From the NCBI GenBank assembly GCA_041750285.1, contig JBGSZS010000018.1, positions 64,048 through 128,047 of the forward strand: a stretch of DNA of 64,000 bases. The letters are read 5' to 3'. Source of the DNA: Candidatus Fermentibacteraceae bacterium. GTDB lineage: Bacteria > Fermentibacterota > Fermentibacteria > Fermentibacterales > JCC-6. The notes beneath the pieces are model-generated. The model did not search any database. It was not told the DNA's origin and saw nothing but the letters and a program-made list of their open reading frames with translations. Of the stretch, positions 8,913 through 19,701 are shown one piece after another. The stretch's first letter is position 1. Each line of letters opens with the position of its first letter. Position numbers and translations under genes: made by a program.

Positions 8913-9257
8913 ATGAAAGCCGCAACAATCACCGTCTGGACGACTCTCACCCTGCTTCTATCCGCTTCGGGATGCGGGGGTTCCCCCCGTTCGAACGCGG
9001 AGCTTTCCCGGACTGAACGGGTGCTTCTCGAGGAAACCGGAGGCATTCTTGCCAGGAACCTGGCGTTCCCGCCGGGAAGCGCCAACTGGCGGGAAGCCCC
9101 TTCGGAATCTGTCGCAACGGCAGTCACGGGAATCGCTGACCGGGTCCCCTCGGCCTGGACGGTTCTCTTCCGCTCGGCGTCCGACACCCTTGCAAGGCTC
9201 GAATCGCCCTATCAGGGCATTGGCTACGGTGACACCCCGGGGCAGGGTTCAAGGTGA
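8913..9257 (+). CDS. small hypothetical lipoprotein
   Basis: The internal ATG at 8913 gives MKAATITVWTTLTLLLSASGCGG, a signal peptide with an SASGC lipobox. It lies between two divergent minus-strand units. Confidence 0.35.
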   Translation: MKAATITVWTTLTLLLSASGCGGSPRSNAELSRTERVLLEETGGILARNLAFPPGSANWREAPSESVATAVTGIADRVPSAWTVLFRSASDTLARLESPYQGIGYGDTPGQGSR

Positions 9258-9302
9258 TGAACCACTCGTTTCACAGGGGATGAATCAGTAAGTATTGCCC
9301 GT

Positions 9303-10550
9303 TCAGACGCGGGTGACGACACGGGCGACGTCGCGCCAGATGACTGCGGCGAAAAGGAGAAGGAGCATGAAGAAGCCGATCTGCTGGGCGAGCTGGATGT
9401 GCTTCTTCGATGCCGGGCGGCGTCTGATGCCTTCGTAGAGAAGGATGAGGAACTGGCCGCCGTCGAGGATGGGTACGGGCAGAAGGTTGAACCCCATGAT
9501 GGCGAGCGAGAGGTAGGAAACAGTTTCAAGAAGGCGGGCAAGGCCGAATGAAGCCTGCTGACCCAGGGTTTCCGCAACGAAGACTGGTCCGCCCGACATC
9601 TCGACGAGCTGAACGGGTTTGAGGATCATGGCCGCGATCCCTGTGAAGAACGCTCCCGCTCCCTCGATGGAGGCGGCCACGCTGACAAGAAAGGCCCTGC
9701 CGATGGAAAGCCTCACGACGCGAGTTCTGGTGAGGGGGGTCACACCGATCAGCTTCCTTCCCTGGTAGTCCAGTGGTTCGACGAAGATCGTGTCGGTAAC
9801 GCCGTCGCGAACGAAGACCAGTTCGAGGAACCTCCCCTGAAAACCGGCCACGGCGCTCTGAAGGTCGCTGAAAGCAGCGAGTGGAATGCCGTCGGCCGTT
9901 ACAACGCTGTCTCCCGTGCGAAGGCCGGCCTCGTAGGCCGGAAGCCCTACCGAAGCCTCTCCGATGACGGTCGAAAGCAGGGGGGTGAAGCCGGGAGCCG
10001 AGTCGGGATCGAGTGAATAGGGAACCTCAAGGGCTCCGACGGCTGCCCTGCGGATCGTGAACACGCCCTCGGGTATCCGCTGGGTCTTCTGGAAGACCTG
10101 GTCCCAGCTCTGGACAGCCTCGCCGTTCACGGCCGTCACCAGATCGCCCCTGGAAAGCCCGGGCACACCGAACGGGTCGTCCACCACAGGTTCGGAATCG
10201 GGTACTCCCGTTCCAATGACGCCAAGGACCGCGAAGATCAGCAGGAAGGCAAGGCACAGGTTCATTGCCGGCCCGGCAAGGACCACGAGGGCGCGTTTCC
10301 ACCATGGCGGTCTGATGCCGTCGGTGTCGTTGCCGGAGGTTCCCAGGTCGACCTTGACGAAGCCGCCCAGGGGGATGGCCCCTATGCAGTATTCGGTCCC
10401 GCCCCGCCTGACCCGGACGAGCAGCGGGGGAAACCCCATTGAAAACCTTTCAACTGGAAGCCCGACCGCCTTCGCCATGAGAAAATGGCCAAGCTCGTGG
10501 AAGAAAACGATTATTCCCAGCCCGAACACGACGGCAAGAGCGCTGCTCAC
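9303..10550 (-). CDS. rseP: RIP metalloprotease RseP (site-2 protease) with PDZ domain
   Basis: FHELGHFLMAKAVG HExxH motif, a PDZ region and a C-terminal LDGG motif. Confidence 0.85.
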   Translation of the reverse strand: MSSALAVVFGLGIIVFFHELGHFLMAKAVGLPVERFSMGFPPLLVRVRRGGTEYCIGAIPLGGFVKVDLGTSGNDTDGIRPPWWKRALVVLAGPAMNLCLAFLLIFAVLGVIGTGVPDSEPVVDDPFGVPGLSRGDLVTAVNGEAVQSWDQVFQKTQRIPEGVFTIRRAAVGALEVPYSLDPDSAPGFTPLLSTVIGEASVGLPAYEAGLRTGDSVVTADGIPLAAFSDLQSAVAGFQGRFLELVFVRDGVTDTIFVEPLDYQGRKLIGVTPLTRTRVVRLSIGRAFLVSVAASIEGAGAFFTGIAAMILKPVQLVEMSGGPVFVAETLGQQASFGLARLLETVSYLSLAIMGFNLLPVPILDGGQFLILLYEGIRRRPASKKHIQLAQQIGFFMLLLLFAAVIWRDVARVVTRV

Positions 10551-11659
10551 ATCTCCTCCATGACATCCCGCGCCAGTTGCCTGGCATGGGAATCGGCCTT
10601 TTCCAGAACGTCAAATCCTGTGACAGGAACGGCGTCGAACCTTGAAAGGACCCCTGAGATCACTTCGGATACGGCACCGAAGGGGATCCGCCTCGAGAGG
10701 AAAGCCCTCACCGCCTCCTCGTCAGCGGCGTTGGCTGCCGCCGGGGCCGTTCCACCGGTATCATAAGCAGCCAGGACGGCGGCGTACGCAGGGTATCTCC
10801 CGGGGTCAACCGGACGGAAATGAAGGGCGCCCCACCCGAGGGGGTGGTCACCGCAACGGGTTTCGGGAATGTCGAGCGCAGGCCAGTGGAGGGCGTAGGA
10901 AATGGGAAGGCCCATGTCCGGAGTGCCCATCAGTGCCTTCCATGCGCCGTCGGCGGTCTCGACCAGGGAGTGGACGATGCTTTCGGGATGAACCACCACC
11001 TCGACGGGAATGCCCGGGAAAAGGCGCCTTGCTTCGATAACCTCGAAAGCCTTGTTCACCATTGACGCCGAGTCGACGGTTATCCTTGAGCCCATGCTCC
11101 AGTTCGGGTGGGAGAGGACACGCTCGACCGAAGCCGTGGCCAACTCGCACGCCGGCATGTCGCGAAGGGCGCCTCCGCTTGCAGTAAGAACGATGCGTGC
11201 GGGTGGTCTGTGCTCGCCGGCGAGACAGCGGAAGATCGTGCTGTGCTCGCTGTCGACCGGTATGACCAGCCCCTTCCCGAGGTGCTGAAGCAGAAGGTCC
11301 CCGCCCACAACCAGGCTCTCCTTGTTGGCCAGGGCCAGGGGGATTCCCGCTTCCTGCGCGAGAAGGCTTGCCTCGAGCCCCGCGCTGCCCACTATGGCGT
11401 TGAGAACCATGTCGGCACCCCCGATCAGCCCTGCAAGGTGTTCCCTGCCCACGAGAAGGCCTGTTCCATCAGCCCCTGCGGGGAGTGTGGCAATGCCCGC
11501 CAGGGCGGGATCGTACCGCTCCACCTGCTCCCTGAGGATGGAAAGCGATGAACCGCAGTAAACCGAGTGGAGAACCAGCGAGGGGCTTTTTTCGATCACT
11601 GCAAGGGCCTGCACTCCAATGGAGCCCGTGGAACCCAGCACCGCGACCCGCCTCTTCAC
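10547..11659 (-). CDS. dxr: 1-deoxy-D-xylulose 5-phosphate reductoisomerase
   Basis: RVAVLGSTGSIG NADPH-binding motif, plus LANKESLV and SHPNWSMG. The start is trimmed to about V31, next to the cdsA stop. Confidence 0.85.
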   Translation of the reverse strand: MKRRVAVLGSTGSIGVQALAVIEKSPSLVLHSVYCGSSLSILREQVERYDPALAGIATLPAGADGTGLLVGREHLAGLIGGADMVLNAIVGSAGLEASLLAQEAGIPLALANKESLVVGGDLLLQHLGKGLVIPVDSEHSTIFRCLAGEHRPPARIVLTASGGALRDMPACELATASVERVLSHPNWSMGSRITVDSASMVNKAFEVIEARRLFPGIPVEVVVHPESIVHSLVETADGAWKALMGTPDMGLPISYALHWPALDIPETRCGDHPLGWGALHFRPVDPGRYPAYAAVLAAYDTGGTAPAAANAADEEAVRAFLSRRIPFGAVSEVISGVLSRFDAVPVTGFDVLEKADSHARQLARDVMEEM

Positions 11660-11663
11660 TCTC

Positions 11664-12464
11664 TCACCCCATCCCCAGAAGCCCGTAGAGCACCAGGGCG
11701 ACCGGGGCAGCGGCAACGACGCTGTCGAACCTGTCGAGGATGCCGCCATGATCGGCCAGGAACCGGCCCGAATCCTTTATGCCCGCATCACGCTTCACCG
11801 CGCTCTCGAAGAAGTCGCCGATCACTCCGGCCACTCCGCACAACAGACCCACGAGAAGAAGATGTGCAAGGGGTGCGGTACCGCGGCCCAGAACTGCCAC
11901 CGATGCCATTGAACCCGCAATGCCCGCTGTGAAACCCTCCCAGGATTTCGCCGGGCTGACGAGTGGCAGCATCTTGTGCCTTCCCCAGCGGCACCCCGCG
12001 AAGTAGGCGAAGCTGTCGCCCACCCAGCAGGAAACCAGCGGGATCAGAACCGGCGCGCGGTCGGTCCACCCCAGAGACAGTCTGGCAAGGACTCCAAACC
12101 CCAGTGTGTAGTATGCCGTCAGGGCCATCACGCCAAGCATCCCCGCGCGGGCGCCCTCGGGAGTCCGCCGCGAGATCCACCACATGGCGTGAACGGCGCC
12201 CGGAAGCATGAGGGCCTGCATGGCGTACTGCGACCCGACGCCTGTCAGCAGTGTGGACAGGGCGGCGGCTGACCCCACCATGAACCGGAGGGGAATGGGT
12301 GTGGAAACCACGCAGAGAGTCACTGCCTCGTAAGCCGCAAGACCTGCGAGAAGGGCGAAAAGCGCAAGGGAGGCAGTGGGGCCGCCCCAGAGAATGACGG
12401 CCAGAAAGGCGGCGAGTCCTGGAACGGCCACGAGTATCCGCCCCCTGAGGCCGGGAAACGGCAT
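11664..12464 (-). CDS. cdsA: phosphatidate cytidylyltransferase
   Basis: Multi-TM protein with a C-terminal GGILDRFDS motif. Confidence 0.8.
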   Translation of the reverse strand: MPFPGLRGRILVAVPGLAAFLAVILWGGPTASLALFALLAGLAAYEAVTLCVVSTPIPLRFMVGSAAALSTLLTGVGSQYAMQALMLPGAVHAMWWISRRTPEGARAGMLGVMALTAYYTLGFGVLARLSLGWTDRAPVLIPLVSCWVGDSFAYFAGCRWGRHKMLPLVSPAKSWEGFTAGIAGSMASVAVLGRGTAPLAHLLLVGLLCGVAGVIGDFFESAVKRDAGIKDSGRFLADHGGILDRFDSVVAAAPVALVLYGLLGMG

Positions 12465-13171
12465 CAGTCGGTCAGGCCGCCGTACCGGCGGCCCCTTCCC
12501 GAATAGTCCTCGAGGGCGGCCCTGAAGTGCTCCCTGTCAAAGTCCGGCCACAGGACCGGAGTGAAGTAGAGTTCGCTGTAGGCGGACTGCCAGAGCAGGA
12601 AGTTCGAGAGCCTCTGTTCCCCCGAGGTGCGGATTATCAGGTCGGGGTCGGGAATGTCGGGGTTGTAAAGGAAAGCCCCTATCGTGTCCTCGGTGATGTC
12701 TTCAGGAGAGACTGCGCCGTCACGGACCTGCGCGGCGAGCTTCCTGACCGAGTCCAGTATCTCGGCCCTGCCGCCGTAGCTGAGGGCGAGGACCAGAACG
12801 AGCCCCGTGTTTTCGGCGGTCTTCTCCATGGCTTTGGTGAGATCGGCCCGCTGCTTTTTCGGAAGGTCGTCGAACCTGCCGGTGACACGGAGCCTGACCT
12901 GCTTGCGGTGAAGCTCTTCGATGTTGTTCTGTATGAACCGCGACAATAGCTTCATCAGAAAGGCGACCTCGAGCCTCGGGCGGCTCCAGTTCTCTGTGGA
13001 GAAGGCGTAAAGGGTGAGGAACCTTATCCCGGTTTCGCCGCAGAACTCGACGGCGGTGTGAATGGCCCTTTCCGCTGCGGAATGGCCGTCGGTGCGTGGA
13101 AGACCCCTCTTCTTTGCCCAACGGCCGTTACCGTCCATGATTATGGCAACATGGGACGGAACGGCAGCCAT
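12464..13171 (-). CDS. uppS: undecaprenyl diphosphate synthase
   Basis: HVAIIMDGNGRWAKKRGLPR plus ENWSRP. Confidence 0.9.
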   Translation of the reverse strand: MAAVPSHVAIIMDGNGRWAKKRGLPRTDGHSAAERAIHTAVEFCGETGIRFLTLYAFSTENWSRPRLEVAFLMKLLSRFIQNNIEELHRKQVRLRVTGRFDDLPKKQRADLTKAMEKTAENTGLVLVLALSYGGRAEILDSVRKLAAQVRDGAVSPEDITEDTIGAFLYNPDIPDPDLIIRTSGEQRLSNFLLWQSAYSELYFTPVLWPDFDREHFRAALEDYSGRGRRYGGLTD

Positions 13172-13731
13172 CAGACCTCCAGGATCTCTTTTTCCTTTGC
13201 CTTGAGCAGTTTGTCTATCTCGAGGCCGGCCTCGTCAACGGCTTTCTGGACAAGGTCCTGTGTTTTCTTCTCGGCGTCTTCGGTTATCTCGCCGGCCTTG
13301 CAGGCCTTCTTGAGCTGGTCGTTGGCGTCCCTGCGGACGTTGCGAAGGGAGGTGCGGCCCTCTTCCGCCAGTTTTTTCACGAGTTTTATCAGGTCCTTCC
13401 GGCGCTCTTCGGAAAGCTTTGGCACCGGAATGCGGATAACCGGGCCGTCGATGGTTGCCCTGAGCCCCAGGTCGCTTGCTTCGATGGCCCTTGCGATGGC
13501 GGGCGCCGTGGACTGGTCCCAGGGCTGGACCACGATCAGCCTGGGTTCGGGCGCACTGATTCCCGCGACCTGTTTGATTGGCATGGCATCGCCCCAGCAC
13601 TCGACCCTTATGTTGTCGAGGAGGGCCGGGCTGGCCTTTCCCGTCCGTATCACGGACATCTCACGGGATGTGTTCTGAACTGTCTTCGAAGACTTCTCAC
13701 GCACTTCGGAGAGTATGGTTTCCTGCATCAC
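13171..13731 (-). CDS. frr: ribosome recycling factor
   Basis: Typical Frr length and sequence (SRE...IRTGKASPALLDNIRVE). Confidence 0.9.
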   Translation of the reverse strand: MMQETILSEVREKSSKTVQNTSREMSVIRTGKASPALLDNIRVECWGDAMPIKQVAGISAPEPRLIVVQPWDQSTAPAIARAIEASDLGLRATIDGPVIRIPVPKLSEERRKDLIKLVKKLAEEGRTSLRNVRRDANDQLKKACKAGEITEDAEKKTQDLVQKAVDEAGLEIDKLLKAKEKEILEV

Positions 13732-14450
13732 GATTCCTCCACGACCGTTGCCGGAAGCTCGCCCCTCAGCACCCGGCTGAAGTTGCCGGTTCCGGTCAGG
13801 TCAAACACGGCGATCCTTATACCTGCGTCGCGGCAGACCGCCACTGCGGCGGCATCCATGAAACCAAGCCCCATGGAGAGGACCTGGTCGTAGCCCAGCC
13901 GTTCAAAACGCCTGGCACCGGGGTGAAGCTTCGGATCCCTGTCGTAGATCCCGTCGACCTTCGTGCCCTTGTAAAGGGTCGTGCACCCTGTCTGGGCGGC
14001 CCTGAGAGCGGCGGCGGTGTCGGTGCTCAGGTGCGGGTTCCCGGTTCCCCCGGCAAAGAAGATGATCTCGCCCCTTCCGAAAAGCTCTGCGGCCTTTCTG
14101 GGGGAGAAGGTCTCCACCCCCGCTTCGGGAAAGGGAAAGGCGCTGAAGACTGTTGAACGCCCGCCGGCCCTGATGACGGCATCGGACAGGGCAAGCGAAT
14201 TCATGACGGTGGCCAGCATGCCCATGTAATCGGCCGTTGTCCGGGTGATGCCGCCCGTGTCACGCCCCCTGAGGAAGTTGCCTCCCCCGGCGACGACACC
14301 GGGCTGATACCCCTGGGACGACAGTGCGATGAGTTCGGAGGCAAGCTCGGACACCCTGGACGGATCGATGCCGTGACCCAAGCCCCCCGCGAGCACTTCG
14401 CCGCTGAGCTTGAGCAGGAACCTCTCCCGCGGGCGGGGGCCTTCCTCCAT
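13728..14450 (-). CDS. pyrH: UMP kinase
   Basis: LLKLSGEVL, GGGNFLRG and the amino-acid-kinase fold. Confidence 0.9.
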   Translation of the reverse strand: MEEGPRPRERFLLKLSGEVLAGGLGHGIDPSRVSELASELIALSSQGYQPGVVAGGGNFLRGRDTGGITRTTADYMGMLATVMNSLALSDAVIRAGGRSTVFSAFPFPEAGVETFSPRKAAELFGRGEIIFFAGGTGNPHLSTDTAAALRAAQTGCTTLYKGTKVDGIYDRDPKLHPGARRFERLGYDQVLSMGLGFMDAAAVAVCRDAGIRIAVFDLTGTGNFSRVLRGELPATVVEES

Positions 14451-14451
14451 C

Positions 14452-15047
<596 letters not shown>

Positions 15048-15051
<4 letters not shown>

Positions 15052-15848
15052 TCCTTCTCTTCGATGACCGGTTCGACCGTCTCGACCGCCTCTTCGGCAG
15101 CCTGTTGCCTGTCTTCGCCCTCAACGGAGGTCATGGCCGGTTTCTCGTCAACTTCCCTCGGGTTCCTGCCCTCGGCGCCAAGCAGGGCCGAGTCTGCCAG
15201 CGTTCCGATGATCATGGATATGGACTTGATGGCGTCGTCGTTTCCGGGGATCGGGTAGTCGACCTCGCCGGGATCGCAGTTCGTGTCGACCACTCCGATG
15301 CACGGGATGCCAAGTCTTTTGGCTTCCTGTACGGCGATGGCCTCCTTCTTGATGTCCACCACTATCACAACTCCGGGAAGACCCTTCATGTGACGTATGC
15401 CCCTGAGATACTTCTCGATCCTCTCGCGCTCACGGGTCTTCTGAAGGATCTCGCGCTTCTTGAGACCCCTGGGAAAACCTTCATGCTCCTCCTTCTCGAG
15501 TTCGTTGAGACGAAGGATGCTGCGGTACACGGTCTTGAAGTTGGTGAGCGTGCCGCCCAGCCAGCGCTCGGTCATGAAGTACTGCCCGCAACGTTCGGCG
15601 TGACCCTCGACACACTCGCGGCCCTGCTTCTTGGTGGCCACGAAGAGAACGTCCTTCCCCTGGGCCACGGTTCTGGAAACCAGGTTCACCGCGTCTTCGA
15701 GAGCCTTCTGGGTCTTTTTGAGGTCGATGATATGTATGCCGTTACGGGACATGAAGATGTAGTTCTTCATGGCGGGGTTCCAGCGTTTGTCCTGGTGGCC
15801 GAAGTGAACCCCTGCTTCCAGCATCTGCTGAATCGATGGAATCTGCAT
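15048..15848 (-). CDS. rpsB: 30S ribosomal protein S2
   Basis: [24 protein letters not shown], with an acidic C-terminal tail. Confidence 0.9.
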
Positions 15849-15967
15849 TTTGAGTCTGTCCTTTCGGTTTCACCACCGGTGGAAGCGGGCGCCAATCCTT
15901 CGAGGGACACCGGGCGCCCGCAAAAACCCACCGTGAGTAATCAAGGCTCCGTGCGGAGCGGTAAACA

Positions 15968-16360
15968 CTACCTCTTGGAGAACTGGAAACGCTTGCGCGC
16001 CTTCGGTCTTCCGTACTTTTTGCGCTCGACGATCCTGGGGTCGCGCCTGAGCATTCCCTGAGTTTTAAGGGTCTGCCTGTACTCGGGGTTGGCATCGACC
16101 AGAGCCCTGGCGATGCCCATCCTGATGGCGCCGGCCTGTCCGGTTATGCCACCGCCCCTGACATTCACGACCACGTCGAAAATGCCCATGACCCTTACGG
16201 CATGAAGGGGCTCGAGGGCGTGGTCCTTCTGGGAAAGGTCGCCGAAATACTCGAGCGGTGTCCTGTCATTGATGACGACCCGGCCCGAGCCCGGCCTGAG
16301 GTAGCACCTTGCGGTGCTGGTCTTTCTTCTTCCAACGCCTATATGCTGGTCCATTCTCAC
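15968..16360 (-). CDS. rpsI: 30S ribosomal protein S9
   Basis: [17 protein letters not shown] ... [16 protein letters not shown]. Confidence 0.9.
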   Translation of the reverse strand: MRMDQHIGVGRRKTSTARCYLRPGSGRVVINDRTPLEYFGDLSQKDHALEPLHAVRVMGIFDVVVNVRGGGITGQAGAIRMGIARALVDANPEYRQTLKTQGMLRRDPRIVERKKYGRPKARKRFQFSKR

Positions 16361-16369
16361 CTTTCCCGG

Positions 16370-16798
16370 CTAGAACTCGAGCACCTGGGGCTGCTGAGCC
16401 TCGTGGGGGTGTTCGACGCCCGAATAGATTTTGAGTTTCTTGATCTGGGCCCTGCCAAGCCTGTTCTTGGGCATCATGCCCGCAACGGCGTGACGAAGGA
16501 CCCTGTCGGGATGATTCGCCAGGAGATCCCGCATGAGAACCGACTTCTGGCCGCCCGGATAGCCGGTGTGCCTGTAGTAGTGTTTCTGTTCGAGCTTGTT
16601 GCCCGATACGTGAAGCTTGTCCGCGTTCACGACCACGACAAAGTCGCCGGTGTCGATGTGCGGTGTGTAGACCGGCTTGTTCTTGCCCTGGAGAAGCATG
16701 GCAAGCTTGGTGGAAAGCCGGCCGAGGGTGAGGCCGTCGGCGTTCACCAGCCACCAGTTGCGCTGTATCTCCCCGGCCCTGGCCGAATAGGTCTTCAA
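16370..16798 (-). CDS. rplM: 50S ribosomal protein L13
   Basis: KTYSARAGEIQRNWWLVNADG with a TTG start at 16796-16798 and a GGAGG RBS 7 nt upstream. The long-ORF extension is spurious. Confidence 0.85.
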   Translation of the reverse strand: MKTYSARAGEIQRNWWLVNADGLTLGRLSTKLAMLLQGKNKPVYTPHIDTGDFVVVVNADKLHVSGNKLEQKHYYRHTGYPGGQKSVLMRDLLANHPDRVLRHAVAGMMPKNRLGRAQIKKLKIYSGVEHPHEAQQPQVLEF

Positions 16799-16907
16799 GG
16801 TTCTACCTCCGAAAAGGGCTGTTTCTCTATGGTAACAACTAATGCAAAACAACAACATGCCCTCACCCGTAGTGGGCTTGCACAGTTCAGGTGAAGGGAC
16901 GGCTAAT

Positions 16908-17339
16908 CTATTCCGACCCGCCGGGAAAGTCAAGTTCACAAAGGGCTTGGGGAAGCGTTTCGGGGGTGCACGCCGTTCCCCCGCCCAGAACGATGAGCTC
17001 CCACGGCACCGGTTCGACCCTTGCGCAAACCACCAGAAGCCTTGCGCCCAGGACCGCCGCGGCCACCCCCTTGCCTGCCAGGGCCAATCCCCGCAGCCGG
17101 TGGGGCACCCGTGTTGAAAAACCCTGGGGCATCACGAACACGCCTGCCCTTGCGAAGGGAACGAACAGCTGAACACCTGGCCATGGTTCGAGACGGCAGG
17201 GTCTGCTGAAGCCAAGTGGCCTGAGCACTTCCCAGGTCGCGCCATAGATGCGCCTGCGCCTGTTGCCGGCCAGTTCGGCTCCGGGATGGCTTTTACCGGG
17301 TGTGATCACGGGAAGGGGCACGTTCAGGGCATCGTGCAT
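16908..17339 (-). CDS. hypothetical protein of uncertain authenticity, downstream of recX
   Basis: Only ORF in the 530-bp gap between recX and rplM. I recognised no family, and the start is a guess. Confidence 0.2.
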   Translation of the reverse strand: MHDALNVPLPVITPGKSHPGAELAGNRRRRIYGATWEVLRPLGFSRPCRLEPWPGVQLFVPFARAGVFVMPQGFSTRVPHRLRGLALAGKGVAAAVLGARLLVVCARVEPVPWELIVLGGGTACTPETLPQALCELDFPGGSE

Positions 17340-17431
17340 GCACCTGGGAACCCCGGGGGGCGGGGGCGGAATTGGCGCTTCAGTAAGCCTGCACCCCATG
17401 GCGGTGTAGAACCATCGTGTGTGCGGGTTTT

Positions 17432-18031
17432 TCACAGCGCCTTCTCCAGAACGGCGGCGATGACCGCCGCCGGAAAACCCCTTCGCATGAGCCATCCAGC
17501 GGCGCGCCTTCTTGCCGTTTCACGGTCGGATATTCCGCCGTACTTCCTTTTCACGAGCGCTGCAAGGGAAACCGTGGAATCGCCGTCAGGCGTTTCGGAG
17601 AGAACAGCGGTTATGGCGCTTTCCCCGACGCCCTTTCCGCGAAGACGTGCCTTCAGCCCCGCCCTTCCCAGCGTGTGGCTGGCGGCGAATGCCCTGGCGA
17701 AGCGGAGGTCGTCTATCAGGCCGTACTCGTGCGCCCACGCTATGCAGTCCGCGACAACCGCGGAGAGGTAGCCCCTGTCACGAAGTTTGGCGGCGAGTTG
17801 GCCGCTGCTGCGTTCGGACAGTGCCAGGTACCGGTTCGTGTACCTTTTCGCATCGGAAAGCTGTGCCCCCCCGGCCTCGCTGCGCAGGGCTTCAGGGTCG
17901 ATGAACGCGCCGGGAACGACCCCGTTCGCATCGGCGGTTTCGCTGGGAATGAGAAGGGACTCTTCCTCGAGCCTCGCCACCACCCAGCCACGGCGGGCAG
18001 GGGTCACGGAAAGGACCTCGGACAGGTTCAT
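17432..18031 (-). CDS. recX: recombination regulator RecX
   Basis: 4-nt overlap with the recA stop. Three helical repeats ([22 protein letters not shown]...). Confidence 0.75.
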   Translation of the reverse strand: MNLSEVLSVTPARRGWVVARLEEESLLIPSETADANGVVPGAFIDPEALRSEAGGAQLSDAKRYTNRYLALSERSSGQLAAKLRDRGYLSAVVADCIAWAHEYGLIDDLRFARAFAASHTLGRAGLKARLRGKGVGESAITAVLSETPDGDSTVSLAALVKRKYGGISDRETARRRAAGWLMRRGFPAAVIAAVLEKAL

Positions 18032-19083
18032 TCCACCGGGGCTGGCGGGGGAGTGACGGAGGCCGTTATCGCCGACGGGGGAAGCCCCAGAAGTGTGCGG
18101 AGTTCGATGTCGAGCTTTCGGGTTATCTCGGGGTTTTCCTTCAGGTAGACCCTTGAATTGTCGCGGCCCTGGCCAAGTTGAAGGTCGCCCATGGAGTACC
18201 AGGTTCCACGGCGTGTAATGACCTTCTTCTCGAGGCCGAGGTCGAGAAGTTCACCCTCGCGGGATATGCCCTCCCCATGGAGAATGTCGAACTCGCACTC
18301 CTTGAAGGGCGGGGCCATCTTGTTCTTGACGACCTTCACCCTTGTGCGGCTGCCCACAACGTCCTCACCGTTCTTGATGGACGCCACCCTGCGCACGTCG
18401 AGCCTCACGCTGGCGTAGAACTTCAGGGCACGACCCCCGCTTGTGGTTTCGGGGTTGCCGAACATGACGCCGATCTTCATGCGGATCTGGTTGATGAAGA
18501 TGACGACGGTGCGCGACTTGCTCACCGCGCCCGTGAGCTTGCGGAGGGCCTGGGACATCAGCCTTGCCTGAAGCCCCACATGGCTGTCACCCATCTCGCC
18601 CTCGATCTCGGCCTTGGGAACCAGCGCGGCAACGGAATCTATGACAATGGCGTCCATGGCGTTGGAGCGAACGAGGGTTTCGGTTATCTCGAGGGCCTGC
18701 TCACCGGTCTCGGGTTGGGCCACGAGCAGGTTGTCGATGTTGAGCCCCAGCTTCTGGGCGTAGTCGGGATCGAGGGCATGCTCGGCGTCGATGAATGCCA
18801 CTTCGCCGCCGGCAGCCTGGGCCTGGGCCAGCATGTGAAGGGCCAGGGTGGTCTTGCCGCTGCTTTCCGCACCGAAGACTTCGATCGCCCGCCCGCGGGG
18901 AATGCCGCCGATGCCCAGCGCCGCATCGAGCAGAATGCTGCCCGTGGGTATCACGTCGACCTTCATGGCGGTGTTGTCTCCAAGGCGCATGATGGCGCCC
19001 TGCCCGAATTTTTTCTGAATCTGCTGGAAGGCCGCGTCGAGAGCCCTTGCCCTCTCCTGTGATGAATCCTCCTGTTTGCTCAT
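18028..19083 (-). CDS. recA: recombinase RecA
   Basis: GAESSGKTT Walker A motif, [37 protein letters not shown] and the full RecA core. Confidence 0.95.
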   Translation of the reverse strand: MSKQEDSSQERARALDAAFQQIQKKFGQGAIMRLGDNTAMKVDVIPTGSILLDAALGIGGIPRGRAIEVFGAESSGKTTLALHMLAQAQAAGGEVAFIDAEHALDPDYAQKLGLNIDNLLVAQPETGEQALEITETLVRSNAMDAIVIDSVAALVPKAEIEGEMGDSHVGLQARLMSQALRKLTGAVSKSRTVVIFINQIRMKIGVMFGNPETTSGGRALKFYASVRLDVRRVASIKNGEDVVGSRTRVKVVKNKMAPPFKECEFDILHGEGISREGELLDLGLEKKVITRRGTWYSMGDLQLGQGRDNSRVYLKENPEITRKLDIELRTLLGLPPSAITASVTPPPAPVE

Positions 19084-19149
19084 GGCAACACCTTTCGTTC
19101 GTTAAGGTGACCCTGTAAAGGGGACGTTCTCAAGCCACAGCCCGAAAAT

Positions 19150-19166
19150 AGTAAACATGTGTTCTC
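19150..19166. promoter_or_regulatory. possible SOS-box-like imperfect palindrome (GAAC-N4-GTTT) upstream of recA
   Basis: gagaacacatgtttact (read on the minus strand) resembles the GAAC-N4-GTTC LexA box with one mismatch. It is 67-83 nt upstream of the recA ATG. Confidence 0.2.
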
Positions 19167-19701
19167 ATGGCAAGCCCTCCGCAACCCATTCTGAAACCAC
19201 GCTGTAAACAGGCCCGCGGGGTGTGAGGGTGCTTTCGAAAAGGGTCATCCCGTCAAACATGCCAGCGATGCCGGGGGGAAGCGGGGGCAGGATGGGCGGA
19301 TGGCCACCGGAAAGCCTTGCAACGGTTATGTGGGGCAAGAAAGACCGGTTGCCGGCGGCTTTGGCCAGCCCGCAGACACCGGGACTGAAACTGCCCCCCA
19401 CCCAGACAGCCCTGCCGTTGAAGCAGCCCGTGCCCGTCAGCGTGAATTCGAGGGGAAGGCCGCTGCACGAAGCCCATGCGTCTTCAAGGATACTGCGCGC
19501 ATCTTCCTGCCGGAACTCACCGAAGAACCTGATCGTGAGATGTATGTTCTCCCGGCGTACACGGCGTGTCCCGGGACGATCGGCGAGAACCTTCGGATAC
19601 CATGCCTCTATCGCATCGAGGGCTTTTTGGGGCAGCAGCAGCGCGGAAAACAACCTCACCGGTCTTCCCTGACGAGTTGAAGCAGCACGCCCAGGGCACA
19701 T
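19165..19701 (-). CDS. thpR: RNA 2',3'-cyclic phosphodiesterase / 2'-5' RNA ligase (2H phosphoesterase)
   Basis: Two H-x-T motifs (HLTIRF, HITVAR). The start is trimmed to an internal Met, and the long ORF overlaps cinA. Confidence 0.7.
   Translation of the reverse strand: MCPGRAASTRQGRPVRLFSALLLPQKALDAIEAWYPKVLADRPGTRRVRRENIHLTIRFFGEFRQEDARSILEDAWASCSGLPLEFTLTGTGCFNGRAVWVGGSFSPGVCGLAKAAGNRSFLPHITVARLSGGHPPILPPLPPGIAGMFDGMTLFESTLTPRGPVYSVVSEWVAEGLP

Noticed and set aside
15849-15967. GC-rich inverted repeat GCGGGCGCC...GGCGCCCGC in the rpsI-rpsB intergenic region as a terminator or attenuator
   Set aside because: The stem is plausible, but the loop is about 19 nt and there is no U-tract on either strand. 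It may still be a leader structure for rpsB autoregulation, but the evidence is too weak to call.
16908-17495. Full-length 195-aa minus [19 protein letters not shown]... as a single gene
   Set aside because: Its 5' third overlaps the recX 3' end and is Arg/Gly-rich junk. I retained only a trimmed, low-confidence version (16908..17339) as a possible small gene, and even that has no recognisable family.
15105-19062. Plus-strand ORFs 15105..16061 (318 aa), 16202..16894 (230 aa), 17417..18148 (243 aa) and 18178..19062 (294 aa)
   Set aside because: They are antisense to rpsB, rpsI/rplM, recX and recA respectively. Those are unambiguous highly conserved genes, and long antisense ORFs are expected at this GC content.
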